Below, piece by piece: positions 8,113-17,639 of a stretch of 20,800 bases of DNA. A program made the translations under genes and the position numbers. Source of the stretch: a virus (Duplodnaviria > Heunggongvirae > Uroviricota > Caudoviricetes); the IMG/VR virus record IMGVR_UViG_3300002641_000714; one strand, 5' to 3'. Positions within the stretch are counted from its first letter, which is position 1. The number at the start of each line of letters is the position of its first letter. The notes below the pieces were generated by a model, which saw only the letters and a program-made list of their open reading frames with translations, had not been told where the DNA came from and did no database searches.

Positions 8113-8772
8113 ATGGCTAAGAAAAAGAAAATAGAACATCCATTTACTGTTGTTTACGTCTATGCGCCTGAACAATACAAAGCAGCTTATATGGCCGGAA
8201 AAACTATTCCACGTGTCAAAATTGGTGAAACATATGCAGATGCAGATGATTGTCAAACATGTATGGAAGCATCAATGAAGCGAATAAACCAATAGTCCAC
8301 ATCATTTGAGGAATATAATTATTTGCTTCAATGGTTTGTTTTTCCCTATAAAGAAGGGACAGATATCGCTATCAGAAAAATTCTCACAGAAAATATCTAT
8401 CATTTGTCTTCATCATCTAAAATAGATAATGTTAATAATCTAAAAAAGAAAAGATACGGCGAAGACAAACGCCAATCTAAAATTGGGCAAGAATTTGCAT
8501 ATCGTGTCAATATTGCTCAGGTTAATACTGCAGTTTCTGCATATAAACTAAAAGCAAAAATGGAAGAACTTATAAATGACAAAGGAATTGATCCGGCATT
8601 TAAAGTCAGACTTCGGGGAATTATAACAGATATGCTGGAGAATCTTGATGATGTCGTAAAAGAATCTAAGGATTATTATGTTGAATTGAATGATATTGAA
8701 GATAATCATATTATTCACAAAAAACGTTCCAGATTTAATTTTGAAGATGATAATATAGATTTTAATTATTAA
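8113..8772 (+). CDS. Possible T5orf172/GIY-YIG-like domain protein, 219 aa, one TAG read as Gln
   Basis: Track ORFs 8113-8295 and 8323-8772 join through TAG 8293-8295. The VYVY...VKIGET...RINQ(Q)ST pattern resembles T5orf172/MUG113 domains; the family call is from motif resemblance only. Confidence 0.55.
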
Positions 8773-8797
8773 GTAATTAAAGTGTCCCAGAATTAAA

Positions 8798-8834
8798 ATA
8801 AATGCTATTAGAATTGATTTCTAATAGCATTTAT
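8798..8834. terminator. Bidirectional terminator-like hairpin at the junction of convergent blocks
   Basis: ATAAATGCTATTAGAA-ttgat-TTCTAATAGCATTTAT is a perfect 16-bp stem. Confidence 0.8.
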
Positions 8835-8837
8835 AAT

Positions 8838-9836
8838 TTAAGTTTGATCCGTATGCAAATGTATATTGTGTTCTATCCAATATTTAGTTAACGGTTCGTA
8901 TATATGGACATATACGGTATCATATAATTTGTTTTTATAATTTTCAAAATTTTCATCTATTTTATTCATCATATCTTTAATGACATCTTGTTTTTCTTTA
9001 AATGAAATGTTTTGGTAATTTAATACCTTTTCTTTATTAATATTTTTTATGTTAAGTTTTGCGTATTCTTTACAAAAATACGCGAAAAAATAATATTTGT
9101 TTATGAAACGATAATGTTCTTTTTGAATATTTTTTAATTCAATATAATAATATGTTTTTGTTTTTAATTCTTCAATGACTATATTAAATTTTTTAAGCAA
9201 ATTAACATCATATGAATATTCAATAATATTATTAAAATGTTTATATATCAAATCATTAAAATGTCGTTTAAGAAATTTTATAGTTCCATTTAAATGGCCA
9301 CGTTGTTCAGATGGCATTAAACAATATATTATGTCATTTAATTCTCCTAACGTTTTATTGTCTATCATTAATTTTTGAACAACATTATCATTAATATCTA
9401 TAACATTTTCATTAGCTATAATATTGAATTCTTTAATATACATATCAAACGCGTGGGAAAACTCATGTCCGAAACCATTAGCTAAATCACTTTCCCATGC
9501 ATTATTTATAGTCAATAGAATTTTATTTATATTATTATTTTTTTCAGACCTGTCTTTAACTGAATAATAATTGTTATCATTAAAATCTGTTATAATTCTA
9601 ATATAAATTGGATATTTTATATTTTCATCATTACAATTTATACATGTTTTCTCATTACTAATAAAATTCCAACCGCAATATTTATAATTAGTGTCAAATT
9701 TATCTATATTATTAATTAAAAATTCAGAACATTTATCAAATGTATCCATTATATGGAACATTTCATTTAAACATTCATTAACTAAATTTTTAGTAGTTAT
9801 ATTATAAATATGTGTAATATTTCCAAGTCTTGACAT
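8838..9836 (-). CDS. Hypothetical protein with HExxH zinc-binding motif (zincin-like), 332 aa
   Basis: GFGHEFSHAFD plus a downstream Glu (SEQRGH). The N-terminal leader ends KNLVNECLNE. Confidence 0.65.
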   Translation of the reverse strand: MSRLGNITHIYNITTKNLVNECLNEMFHIMDTFDKCSEFLINNIDKFDTNYKYCGWNFISNEKTCINCNDENIKYPIYIRIITDFNDNNYYSVKDRSEKNNNINKILLTINNAWESDLANGFGHEFSHAFDMYIKEFNIIANENVIDINDNVVQKLMIDNKTLGELNDIIYCLMPSEQRGHLNGTIKFLKRHFNDLIYKHFNNIIEYSYDVNLLKKFNIVIEELKTKTYYYIELKNIQKEHYRFINKYYFFAYFCKEYAKLNIKNINKEKVLNYQNISFKEKQDVIKDMMNKIDENFENYKNKLYDTVYVHIYEPLTKYWIEHNIHLHTDQT

Positions 9837-9851
9837 ATTTTAAAGTAATTT

Positions 9852-10676
9852 TTATAATTCGAATCCAATACCTAAATTCCATCCAAAGTTTTTCCCATAT
9901 GCAAATTTTTCACAACCAACATCAAATAAATTGAATCTGATTCCGGCTAAAACATATGCGTTTATAATATTATTATTAAAGAAAGAATAATTAACGGAAC
10001 ATGCTAAATTATTCAATGCAAAACTTTCATGTTTATTTTTTACTGGATCATAATATGTGTACATTGAAGGATTTGGAGAAAAACCTAATTCTGATTTTAT
10101 AGTCCAATTTTCAATCTCGTGAGTGTATCTAAAATAAACATAAGTTGAATATAACTTTTTATATGTATTTGCATCTTTTTCTATTTCTTCACCATTACCG
10201 GAAAAATAATCACCGCCGCCAATCATAACAGCTGCGCCGATTTCTAACCCATTATTTTCTTCCATAAACATTAATGGACGAACTATTAATTCAACTTCAT
10301 CTTGAGTTGTTCCAGCAAGTGATTTGTCATATGCAAAATTAAAATATTTTTCACCGCCAAAATAATAATAGTGAGTAACCATTGCAGTTGCCCAATCACC
10401 AGGAGTTGTATATGACAAATAAATATCAATCTCCGGAACTAATTTATAAAAATCTGAATAAACTCCTGAACCAACAGACGCCCAAGTTCCAACTGTTACA
10501 CCATAAGCAGAAAATTCTACCCAAGGTTGGAAACTTACACCGCCTTGCGCAAAACCACGCCAAGTATAATTAGCGATAATATCGCCACCACCACTTAAAG
10601 AAACATGTTCCCAATCATATGCATAAGATGATAAGGAACATATTAAACATAATAAACCTATTAAAAATTTTTTCAT
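9852..10676 (-). CDS. Outer-membrane beta-barrel protein (TorF/Gcw_chp-like putative porin), 274 aa
   Basis: Signal peptide MKKFLIGLLCLICSLSSYA. Motifs YTWRG...GVSFQP...GTWAS...EIDIYLSY. Alternating amphipathic strands and terminal WNLGIGFEL. Confidence 0.75.
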   Translation of the reverse strand: MKKFLIGLLCLICSLSSYAYDWEHVSLSGGGDIIANYTWRGFAQGGVSFQPWVEFSAYGVTVGTWASVGSGVYSDFYKLVPEIDIYLSYTTPGDWATAMVTHYYYFGGEKYFNFAYDKSLAGTTQDEVELIVRPLMFMEENNGLEIGAAVMIGGGDYFSGNGEEIEKDANTYKKLYSTYVYFRYTHEIENWTIKSELGFSPNPSMYTYYDPVKNKHESFALNNLACSVNYSFFNNNIINAYVLAGIRFNLFDVGCEKFAYGKNFGWNLGIGFEL

Positions 10677-10697
10677 TATTTTAATTATAATTTTTTT

Positions 10698-10988
10698 TTA
10701 AATATTTTTGAATGGTATAGTTAATGGAATAATAGTTTGTTCTATTTCTTTAGTTTCATCATCTTTTTTCATTGCTTGATTAGGGTTTCTTAATTCTTGT
10801 TTTATCCCGTTACACAATTTGTCTACTACCATTTCTGCCATAATGTTTTCATTTAGATATGACATTCTTAATTCATTTTCAGATTGCTTGAATTGACATA
10901 CAATCTGTGGTAGTTCTTTTACTACTGCTCCTTCATCTGTTACATCTTCCCTGATAAGAGTCAATGTATATCTTCTAGATAAACCCAT
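10698..10988 (-). CDS. Hypothetical protein, 96 aa
   Basis: Clean ATG-TAA ORF in a co-directional block. Confidence 0.7.
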   Translation of the reverse strand: MGLSRRYTLTLIREDVTDEGAVVKELPQIVCQFKQSENELRMSYLNENIMAEMVVDKLCNGIKQELRNPNQAMKKDDETKEIEQTIIPLTIPFKNI

Positions 10989-11003
10989 ATTTTTATTAAT
11001 TAA

Positions 11004-11138
11004 TTATTTTTTATAAAAACGTAAATGACCAATATAGAATAAACTATAATTCGGATCATAATAAAAATTATGTAGTTTGTATTTTGTCCAACCGATTTCT
11101 AAACCGAATATATTAATAGTCCATACAAGTTCTTCCAT
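11004..11138 (-). CDS. Small hypothetical protein not in the ORF track, 44 aa (MEELVWTINIFGLEIGWTKYKLHNFYYDPNYSLFYIGHLRFYKK)
   Basis: Read by hand, ATG 11138 to TAA 11004. It fills the gap between neighbours with 5-nt and 15-nt spacing. Confidence 0.65.
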   Translation of the reverse strand: MEELVWTINIFGLEIGWTKYKLHNFYYDPNYSLFYIGHLRFYKK

Positions 11139-11143
11139 TTTAC

Positions 11144-11383
11144 TTAATACTTATTTAATTTTTGTTCTTTTATGTTTTCTATTGCCTGTTTATAATTTTT
11201 ACGCATTAAACAATCCATATTAAAGCAATCGATTAATGTACCTACCATTGGCACCATTGACCAATCTGCTGGATCATTTGTTTGTAATGCTTTTTTGTAT
11301 AGTTCTTCTCTACGCCGATTTGAATAACATTGCCAAGCGCAACCACATGTCAAATATGCATTTTCTTTATTTTCTTCCATCAT
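11144..11383 (-). CDS. Small Cys-containing hypothetical protein, 79 aa
   Basis: Clean ORF with CGCAWQC and CFNMDC. Confidence 0.7.
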   Translation of the reverse strand: MMEENKENAYLTCGCAWQCYSNRRREELYKKALQTNDPADWSMVPMVGTLIDCFNMDCLMRKNYKQAIENIKEQKLNKY

Positions 11384-11389
11384 AATTAA

Positions 11390-11578
11390 TTAACTAAATT
11401 TTCTCATTAAATACTCTTTATCTCGTTCTTGTTCTTTCCTAGCTTCTTCACATGCCCAATCTCTCATATTAAATGGGCATTCACACCCTCGAGGTTCATA
11501 ATACCAACAACAATAATCACATTGGTGTTTCAATAATTTGTTAACAATGTCTATTGTATTTTCTTTTTTCTTTTTCAT
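11390..11578 (-). CDS. Small Cys-rich hypothetical protein, possibly metal-binding, 62 aa
   Basis: ATG at 11578 follows the upstream stop at 11581. Contains CDYCC...GCECP...WAC. Confidence 0.65.
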   Translation of the reverse strand: MKKKKENTIDIVNKLLKHQCDYCCWYYEPRGCECPFNMRDWACEEARKEQERDKEYLMRKFS

Positions 11579-11580
11579 AA

Positions 11581-12123
11581 TTAACAAGCTTTTGTCATTT
11601 CACGGCCATAATACTCAATTTTCACTGTATGCGGCGCCCTTGTATTTCCACCAAAATATGGGCCAAGAGTTGTTACAAAGCATTTATTTGATTTTATTGT
11701 ATCATAAAAATTATCTGTTGGATATACTTTTTTATTATCAATTTTTAATGTAATGAAATATGTATCTTTATCATTATTTGCTTTATCTATTATTATCTCA
11801 TAGAAATGTGGTTCTCCAACCTCACATGCAAATATTTTTTCTTTTTCTAATTCTCCGTTAATATAAAAATATTTCCAAATATAAATTTGATTTGTTGGCG
11901 CATTGTATGTCCAACCAAATCTAATAGAATTTTTATGAACGCCAAATCCAAAACAAAATCCAAACAATTTATTCACACATGATGCCTCATCAATTTCATA
12001 TTTACAACTCTCATCAAACACAATACACCCATGTTGAGACAGATAATTAACTTGAGAAAGCAGTTGAATTCTTGGAAAGAAATTAGAGTAATGGCACCCT
12101 TTATGTATTGTATATGTTTTCAT
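11581..12123 (-). CDS. Conserved-looking phage hypothetical protein, beta-rich, 180 aa
   Basis: Clean ORF with NKLFGF...NSIRFGW and LGPYFGGNTRAP motifs. Function unknown. Confidence 0.75.
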   Translation of the reverse strand: MKTYTIHKGCHYSNFFPRIQLLSQVNYLSQHGCIVFDESCKYEIDEASCVNKLFGFCFGFGVHKNSIRFGWTYNAPTNQIYIWKYFYINGELEKEKIFACEVGEPHFYEIIIDKANNDKDTYFITLKIDNKKVYPTDNFYDTIKSNKCFVTTLGPYFGGNTRAPHTVKIEYYGREMTKAC

Positions 12124-12125
12124 AA

Positions 12126-12344
12126 TTATTTTTTTCTAATTAAACTAACAATAAACAAAATTAATTTAAGACCTGCATATGCAATGCCAAATAATAATGT
12201 ATAGAAAAACCATAGCCAAAATTTTCCATCTTTATACCATTTTATACTATGCTTTTCATGAATATATTCATGTAACCATAATCCGAAACCTATTAAGTTT
12301 CCAATACCAAATCCTAAAAGAATCCAAAAAAGTGTCCAATTCAT
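12126..12344 (-). CDS. Small two-TM membrane protein, 72 aa
   Basis: Two hydrophobic segments and a basic C-terminus (IRKK). Confidence 0.7.
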   Translation of the reverse strand: MNWTLFWILLGFGIGNLIGFGLWLHEYIHEKHSIKWYKDGKFWLWFFYTLLFGIAYAGLKLILFIVSLIRKK

Positions 12345-12379
12345 AATTATTTTTATTTTTAATTTTTATTAAATATTTT

Positions 12380-12652
12380 TTATTTGTTTTTTAATTTATT
12401 ATATATTTTTAAAAATTCATCTTGTCGTTCATTAGAATCTGCATTTTTTGCCATCAAATCATTAAATTTATTAAATGTTTCTTCATCAAATTTTGAATAT
12501 CTATCCATTAAATATTCTTTAACATCTTTTAACGACATAACCTTGATATTAGGATACATTTCTAAAATTTCAGAAACATTATCAACCATTTTTGCAATAT
12601 TTTGCATGATTGAAAACATTTCTTTTAAATTGTAATAATCTCTTTTGTCCAT
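12380..12652 (-). CDS. Hypothetical helical protein, 90 aa
   Basis: ATG 12652 is preferred over TTG 12658. Ends in TAA. Confidence 0.7.
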   Translation of the reverse strand: MDKRDYYNLKEMFSIMQNIAKMVDNVSEILEMYPNIKVMSLKDVKEYLMDRYSKFDEETFNKFNDLMAKNADSNERQDEFLKIYNKLKNK

Positions 12653-12676
12653 AATCAATTCATATTTAATTATTCA

Positions 12677-13036
12677 TTAATTATCTTTAAACTCTTCTAA
12701 AAATATTTGTACTGGAATTTCATATCCACAATATTTAGCATATACTCTTGCTTCCATTTTAATTATTCCATTTTCAATTTGGTCTGAAGAATTAATGCTT
12801 TCATCACATATAACTTCAACTCCAGCGACGTCGTTGCGATATTTATACTCACTAAGAAAATAATGTTCAATAATTGGTAATACATAATAGGCTAATTTAT
12901 TTCTGTCTGCCATTGTATTATGAATATTATCTTTTTTAATTTTCTTTTGAATAGTAGATATTAGATTAAAAGACGTTTTACGTATATAATCTTTTAATCT
13001 ATTGACTATTAAATTTTCATATTCTATTTTATCCAT
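12677..13036 (-). CDS. Hypothetical protein, 119 aa
   Basis: Clean ATG-TAA ORF. Confidence 0.72.
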   Translation of the reverse strand: MDKIEYENLIVNRLKDYIRKTSFNLISTIQKKIKKDNIHNTMADRNKLAYYVLPIIEHYFLSEYKYRNDVAGVEVICDESINSSDQIENGIIKMEARVYAKYCGYEIPVQIFLEEFKDN

Positions 13037-13055
13037 AATTTTTAAAATATAATTT

Positions 13056-13616
13056 TTAAATATAATCTTTTCCGTTTTCTACCATTTTGTATGGTATATG
13101 ATCCCACTTATTATATGGTTTAACACTTAATGCAAAATGATAATTATTATTTTCATCAATTAAATAATAATATATTTCATCTATAAAATGCGCAACACCT
13201 TTACAAATTCCGCATGTTTCAACTTCATGTTTATCTTGGAGCATCTTACCAATATCATTATTAATAATATTTAATACATGCGCATACCAAGATGATTTAC
13301 TATTTTTTGCTTCTTCATCATCACATATTTTATCTAGTTCTTCTTTAGTTGTAATTACACAATAATATGGACATTTAAAATAACTTGTATATATTCCATA
13401 TTCATCGTATAATGTTTTACAGCAATTTTTGTATTCTTTTACTTTTTCTGGATATTTTTCTTTAAATTCGTCCCAATTATTATTGCATAATTCTTTAATA
13501 TCTTTTTTCTCAGATATATTAATAGATACAAGTTTATCCATATACTCTGCATATTTTTTCAAAAAAGCTTCAGTTTTTTCTTGATATTCTTCTATGCTAA
13601 GTTTTGTAAATTTCAT
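13056..13616 (-). CDS. Hypothetical protein, 186 aa; first gene of the minus-strand block
   Basis: Clean ATG-TAA ORF. Confidence 0.72.
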   Translation of the reverse strand: MKFTKLSIEEYQEKTEAFLKKYAEYMDKLVSINISEKKDIKELCNNNWDEFKEKYPEKVKEYKNCCKTLYDEYGIYTSYFKCPYYCVITTKEELDKICDDEEAKNSKSSWYAHVLNIINNDIGKMLQDKHEVETCGICKGVAHFIDEIYYYLIDENNNYHFALSVKPYNKWDHIPYKMVENGKDYI

Positions 13617-13729
13617 TAATATTAACTATTATTTTTCTAATAATTATAAAATAAAATACGAAATAGTTTCACAAATAAACTAAATGATATATTTTTTTAA
13701 AATTATTAAAAATATATTTTATTTTATAT

Positions 13730-14575
13730 ATGCATTTTGTACACTCTTTATGGACTAAACCGCTAATAGTTAATAGGCGTAATGTGGAATTCAAAACCGC
13801 GTTATTGACTACTATATTATGCAATGCAACTTCTGTAGCATGGATTAATCACTTAGGCGGTAAAATCAATTTATATGCAGACGGATTCGGAAGAGATATG
13901 TTAGGATTTCTTCCATATGATAATATTTATGATTTGAAAGTTCCTGTTCATATTCCAACTTGCACATGGGCATGCGGAAAATTTTTAGTTTTAGAACAGA
14001 TGCCGTTAGGAGATGTTCATATTGACGGTGATGTTTTTCTCAAATCTAATAAATTATTGGAATTATGTGCAGATGATTCATATGATATGGTTGTCCAGTC
14101 TATTGAAAATGATAAAACTACATTAAAGAAATACTATTCTAATGTTCGTGACATATTAAAAAGAAATGGTATTAAAACCTATTCTTGTTCTTTAGATGAA
14201 TCACCTTCATATAATTGCGGAACTATCGGATTCTTTAATCAAGAATTAAAACAAAAATATTTAGTTGAATATTTTACAACATTGAATAATATAATTAATA
14301 ATAAAGCATGTTTATTAGAATTAAATAAAAATTTAAATGCTATTCCCGATTTAATATTAGAACAACAATTTCTTTATGAACTTGCTAAACCATATAAAGT
14401 TAATAATTTATTAGGTGATGCTGAAACTATGTATAACAATGCAATTGAATTAAATTACCAGCATATATTAGGCGGTTTTAAAGAACAACAATTAAATAAT
14501 ATAATGGAAGAATTAAAATATGTTGACGAAACTATATATAAAGATACGATAAAACATGTTAATTTTCTTTTATAA
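13730..14575 (+). CDS. DUF6734-like protein with DxD motif (possible glycosyltransferase), 281 aa
   Basis: HSLWTKP...INLYADGFG...LPYD...WACGK...HIDGDVFL matches the pattern I recall for DUF6734. YNCGTIG resembles a GT-A motif. Confidence 0.6.
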   Translation: MHFVHSLWTKPLIVNRRNVEFKTALLTTILCNATSVAWINHLGGKINLYADGFGRDMLGFLPYDNIYDLKVPVHIPTCTWACGKFLVLEQMPLGDVHIDGDVFLKSNKLLELCADDSYDMVVQSIENDKTTLKKYYSNVRDILKRNGIKTYSCSLDESPSYNCGTIGFFNQELKQKYLVEYFTTLNNIINNKACLLELNKNLNAIPDLILEQQFLYELAKPYKVNNLLGDAETMYNNAIELNYQHILGGFKEQQLNNIMEELKYVDETIYKDTIKHVNFLL

Positions 14576-14599
14576 TTTTTTATAATTTAATTAAACTAT

Positions 14600-14635
14600 A
14601 GAGACAATATTTTAATATATTGTCTCTTTTTGTTT
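14600..14635 (+). terminator. Intrinsic terminator
   Basis: AGAGACAATAT-tttaat-ATATTGTCTCT followed by TTTTGTTTT. Confidence 0.8.
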
Positions 14636-14651
14636 TTATTATGTTTTAATT

Positions 14652-14668
14652 AAAATAAATATAAAAAT
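14652..14668 (+). promoter_or_regulatory. Putative late-promoter motif AAAATAAATATAAAAAT
   Basis: Exact copy of the 17-mer, located between the terminator and the AAA gene ATG. Confidence 0.55.
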
Positions 14669-14706
14669 CGAAATGATAAAAATAAAAAATAATTTATATA
14701 TAAAGT

Positions 14707-17520
14707 ATGATTTATAACAACTTAAATTTGCCTGCAACTCTTGTGCACAGTGTTAACGGCAAGAAATATACTTTAAATGGAAAATTATTGTCTATTAATG
14801 AATCTACTAAATTAGCTACTATGCAATTTGGTGATAAAACTAATTCAAATATTCCATTAAATGAAGTATACTTGAATGAAGGCGCTCTTAAAGATATGAT
14901 TAGGAAAACCGGAAAGAAACTTAAAGATGCAGCTGTTGCTACATGGAATAAAATTAATGATATCATTAAAATTGTCGGTGGTTTTCTTATTCCGGTAGAT
15001 GAATTCGGCAAAGAATTACGTGAATTTATTAATGCACCTATTAATTTACCGATGATGACATTACCGAGTGCAGTTAAACTTGTTCCCGCAGATGGTGCAT
15101 TAGGTATATGTGATGAATATGGTGCAAGAGTAAGAAATAATTCAACTGTTGATGAAGCCTTTGCACAATCAATGAAGGATGAAAAAGATGAAATTGAAAC
15201 ATATTGGACACGTGTAATGCGTGAATATGCTAATCCTGAAAATGAAAGTTTAACACTTTCAGAAACTGTTAAAATGGTTAATGAAACTTATTATCATCAA
15301 ACAATTGACAGTAAAGTTTTAAATGAAGCTGCAATTCCGTCATTAAATTCTCCATCCGGTTTATATGGTGAAAAACTTGGAACAAAAACATTGGTAAGAA
15401 CACTTATTACAAACTTAAAACACCAATTAAATCCTATTGAAAACCATGAAAGAACCGATGAAGACCTTATTGATCAATTACGTAATGGTACTAATTATGT
15501 AAAACCATTATTGATTTGGGGTGCTCCTGGTATTGGTAAAACCGCTATTCTTAAACAAGCTGCCAAATTCTTAAAAGAAGATGAAGGAATGAATCTTGAT
15601 ATGGTAACAGTTTGTTGCGGCGGTATTAAAACCGATGACTTTGAATTACCAGATACAGCAAGAAATATTATTGGCCGTAAGGTTGCAATTTCAACACCTA
15701 AAACATGGTTGCCTGTAATTAATATTGCAAGTTTAACTGATGAACAATTACTTGAAGCTAATGAATTCTATAACAGTGGTAAATTCCGTATTTTGGCACC
15801 AAATGATGAAACATTAAATAGAACATATAATGATAACGGTGAAACTAAAAAGGCATTTGACTGGAAATCAGTTGGTACTGGTGAAACATTTGACGGCGGC
15901 ATTATTTTCTTTGATGAGTTTGCCCGTTTACGTAATCTTAAAACAATGGATACTATGATGACATTTGTCGGTGATAGAACATATGTTGATATGCCATTGG
16001 CTACTAATTGGGTAACAGTTGCAGCTGCAAACCGTTTATCTGATGACCTTTTAAGTGAGGCTGACCCCGCATTCCACAGTTTATGGGATACTGCAAAACA
16101 ATCACGTTTTACACACTATACATATGCACCGTCAAAAGAAGAATGGCTTGAATGGGCTAGAGATGTTGATGATGATAACTATCAAAATGTTGATGAATTA
16201 ATTTGTAAATTTATTGAAAAGGCGCCAGATGGTGTTTGGTATGATGCACTGGATCTTGGATCTCGTGGTGAAGATGCCATTGAAGGTAGAAATGCCGCAG
16301 TTATTAAAGATATTTTAGCTAAATGGAAGGCAGGTACACCATTAACCGCTAAAGAATTAAAATTATTCGGTACCTATATATCAAATCCTGGTAACTCTAT
16401 TGTAGGTATGACTAATTATACATGGAATGCTCGTACATGGCACCAAAAAATTAATAAAGTTATGTTATCATTATTATTAAATGACTTCTTTAAAGGTGAT
16501 TTTAAAAAGTATGAAGCATGTTTTGATGAAACTACACGTGTTAAGAGTTTATATGGCGGTAAAGGCGCTAAAGAATATACTGCTAAGAATTTAAATATGG
16601 ATAAACTTACAACACAATTAAATAGCATTCCAGATGTATATTGGGATAAAATAACTGATGGTTATTGGCAAAAATTTGATGAAGATCAAAATTTCAGAAA
16701 TAATGATCGTTTGGCATTTTTCTTAGAATGTGTTCAATGGCTTATTCAATCTGAAACCGGCGGTGAAAATAGTGTTCCGTCTCAAGCATGGCACCAATAT
16801 AGAAATATTGATTCAATTATTGAAGATGTTGATGTTCGTACAATTTATGAAAAGGGACAAATGCACTCGGCAAAAGCTGCAAAGCTAGATAATATTTTAT
16901 GTAGTCAATCATCTGGTTATAAAAAGTTTAATGAACTTTCTTGGAAATCTGATCCAACATTATGGGGGGTTGTAGTTGAACGTATTTTAAAATCATTTAA
17001 TGACTATATTACAGCAGAAGATTTATTAACTGATATAAATTCTATTAACCGCAATTTGAAAAATATTGAAAAGGATCCAGAAAAATTCAGTGTAACACAA
17101 AAAGAAATTGATGATTATATAAATGCATATACTATTCAGTTCCTTGATGAATCCAAAAAACCGTTAAAACAAGTTCCAACACTATTAAGTGAAGAACTTG
17201 ATGATGAAGATGATAGAGAAAGAATTATTATTGTATTAAGAAATTCTGGTTGTGCTAGAAAATTGGCAAATATTGCATGCTGGTTTGCTAAACTCGGTAT
17301 TCAAATTAATAATAATTCACCAGTTGATATCGCTTTAGGTACTGGAGAATTTGATAAAAAATTGTCACTTAGAGCACTTCTTGGCACAGTAATTCAAAGT
17401 AATCCGGAGACAAAGAAATACTGGTTTGATGCTGCCAATACAGATGTAGTACAATATGATATACTTAAACCTGCATTAAATATTCTCAATAGTATGAAGA
17501 AAATAAAAAATGAAATATAA
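14707..17520 (+). CDS. AAA+ ATPase (MoxR/AAA_5-like) with long N- and C-terminal extensions, 937 aa
   Basis: Walker A LIWGAPGIGKT, Walker B IIFFDEFAR, sensor-1 VAAANR, SRF and a NARTW motif. The N-terminal extension contains SINES, YLNEG, VNET and VLNEA. No TAG. Confidence 0.88.
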   Translation: MIYNNLNLPATLVHSVNGKKYTLNGKLLSINESTKLATMQFGDKTNSNIPLNEVYLNEGALKDMIRKTGKKLKDAAVATWNKINDIIKIVGGFLIPVDEFGKELREFINAPINLPMMTLPSAVKLVPADGALGICDEYGARVRNNSTVDEAFAQSMKDEKDEIETYWTRVMREYANPENESLTLSETVKMVNETYYHQTIDSKVLNEAAIPSLNSPSGLYGEKLGTKTLVRTLITNLKHQLNPIENHERTDEDLIDQLRNGTNYVKPLLIWGAPGIGKTAILKQAAKFLKEDEGMNLDMVTVCCGGIKTDDFELPDTARNIIGRKVAISTPKTWLPVINIASLTDEQLLEANEFYNSGKFRILAPNDETLNRTYNDNGETKKAFDWKSVGTGETFDGGIIFFDEFARLRNLKTMDTMMTFVGDRTYVDMPLATNWVTVAAANRLSDDLLSEADPAFHSLWDTAKQSRFTHYTYAPSKEEWLEWARDVDDDNYQNVDELICKFIEKAPDGVWYDALDLGSRGEDAIEGRNAAVIKDILAKWKAGTPLTAKELKLFGTYISNPGNSIVGMTNYTWNARTWHQKINKVMLSLLLNDFFKGDFKKYEACFDETTRVKSLYGGKGAKEYTAKNLNMDKLTTQLNSIPDVYWDKITDGYWQKFDEDQNFRNNDRLAFFLECVQWLIQSETGGENSVPSQAWHQYRNIDSIIEDVDVRTIYEKGQMHSAKAAKLDNILCSQSSGYKKFNELSWKSDPTLWGVVVERILKSFNDYITAEDLLTDINSINRNLKNIEKDPEKFSVTQKEIDDYINAYTIQFLDESKKPLKQVPTLLSEELDDEDDRERIIIVLRNSGCARKLANIACWFAKLGIQINNNSPVDIALGTGEFDKKLSLRALLGTVIQSNPETKKYWFDAANTDVVQYDILKPALNILNSMKKIKNEI

Positions 17521-17541
17521 TTTATAATTATATAATTTATG

Positions 17542-17580
17542 AAATAGTGGTAAACAAATTAATTTACCACTATTTTTATT
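17542..17580 (+). terminator. Intrinsic terminator between the AAA and peptidase genes
   Basis: AAATAGTGGTAAA-caaattaa-TTTACCACTATTT is a perfect 13-bp stem followed by TTATT. Confidence 0.8.
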
Positions 17581-17597
17581 TAATTACTTTATTTTAT

Positions 17598-17614
17598 AAA
17601 ATAAATATAAAAAT
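17598..17614 (+). promoter_or_regulatory. Putative late-promoter motif AAAATAAATATAAAAAT
   Basis: Third exact copy, 25 nt upstream of ATG 17640. Confidence 0.55.
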
Positions 17615-17639
17615 TAAAATTTTTATTTTTAATAATAAT

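Noticed and set aside
14707-17520. Naming the ATPase as cobS, moxR or ravA
   Set aside because: The motifs support only the clade-level call. The size and extensions do not match a specific named gene.
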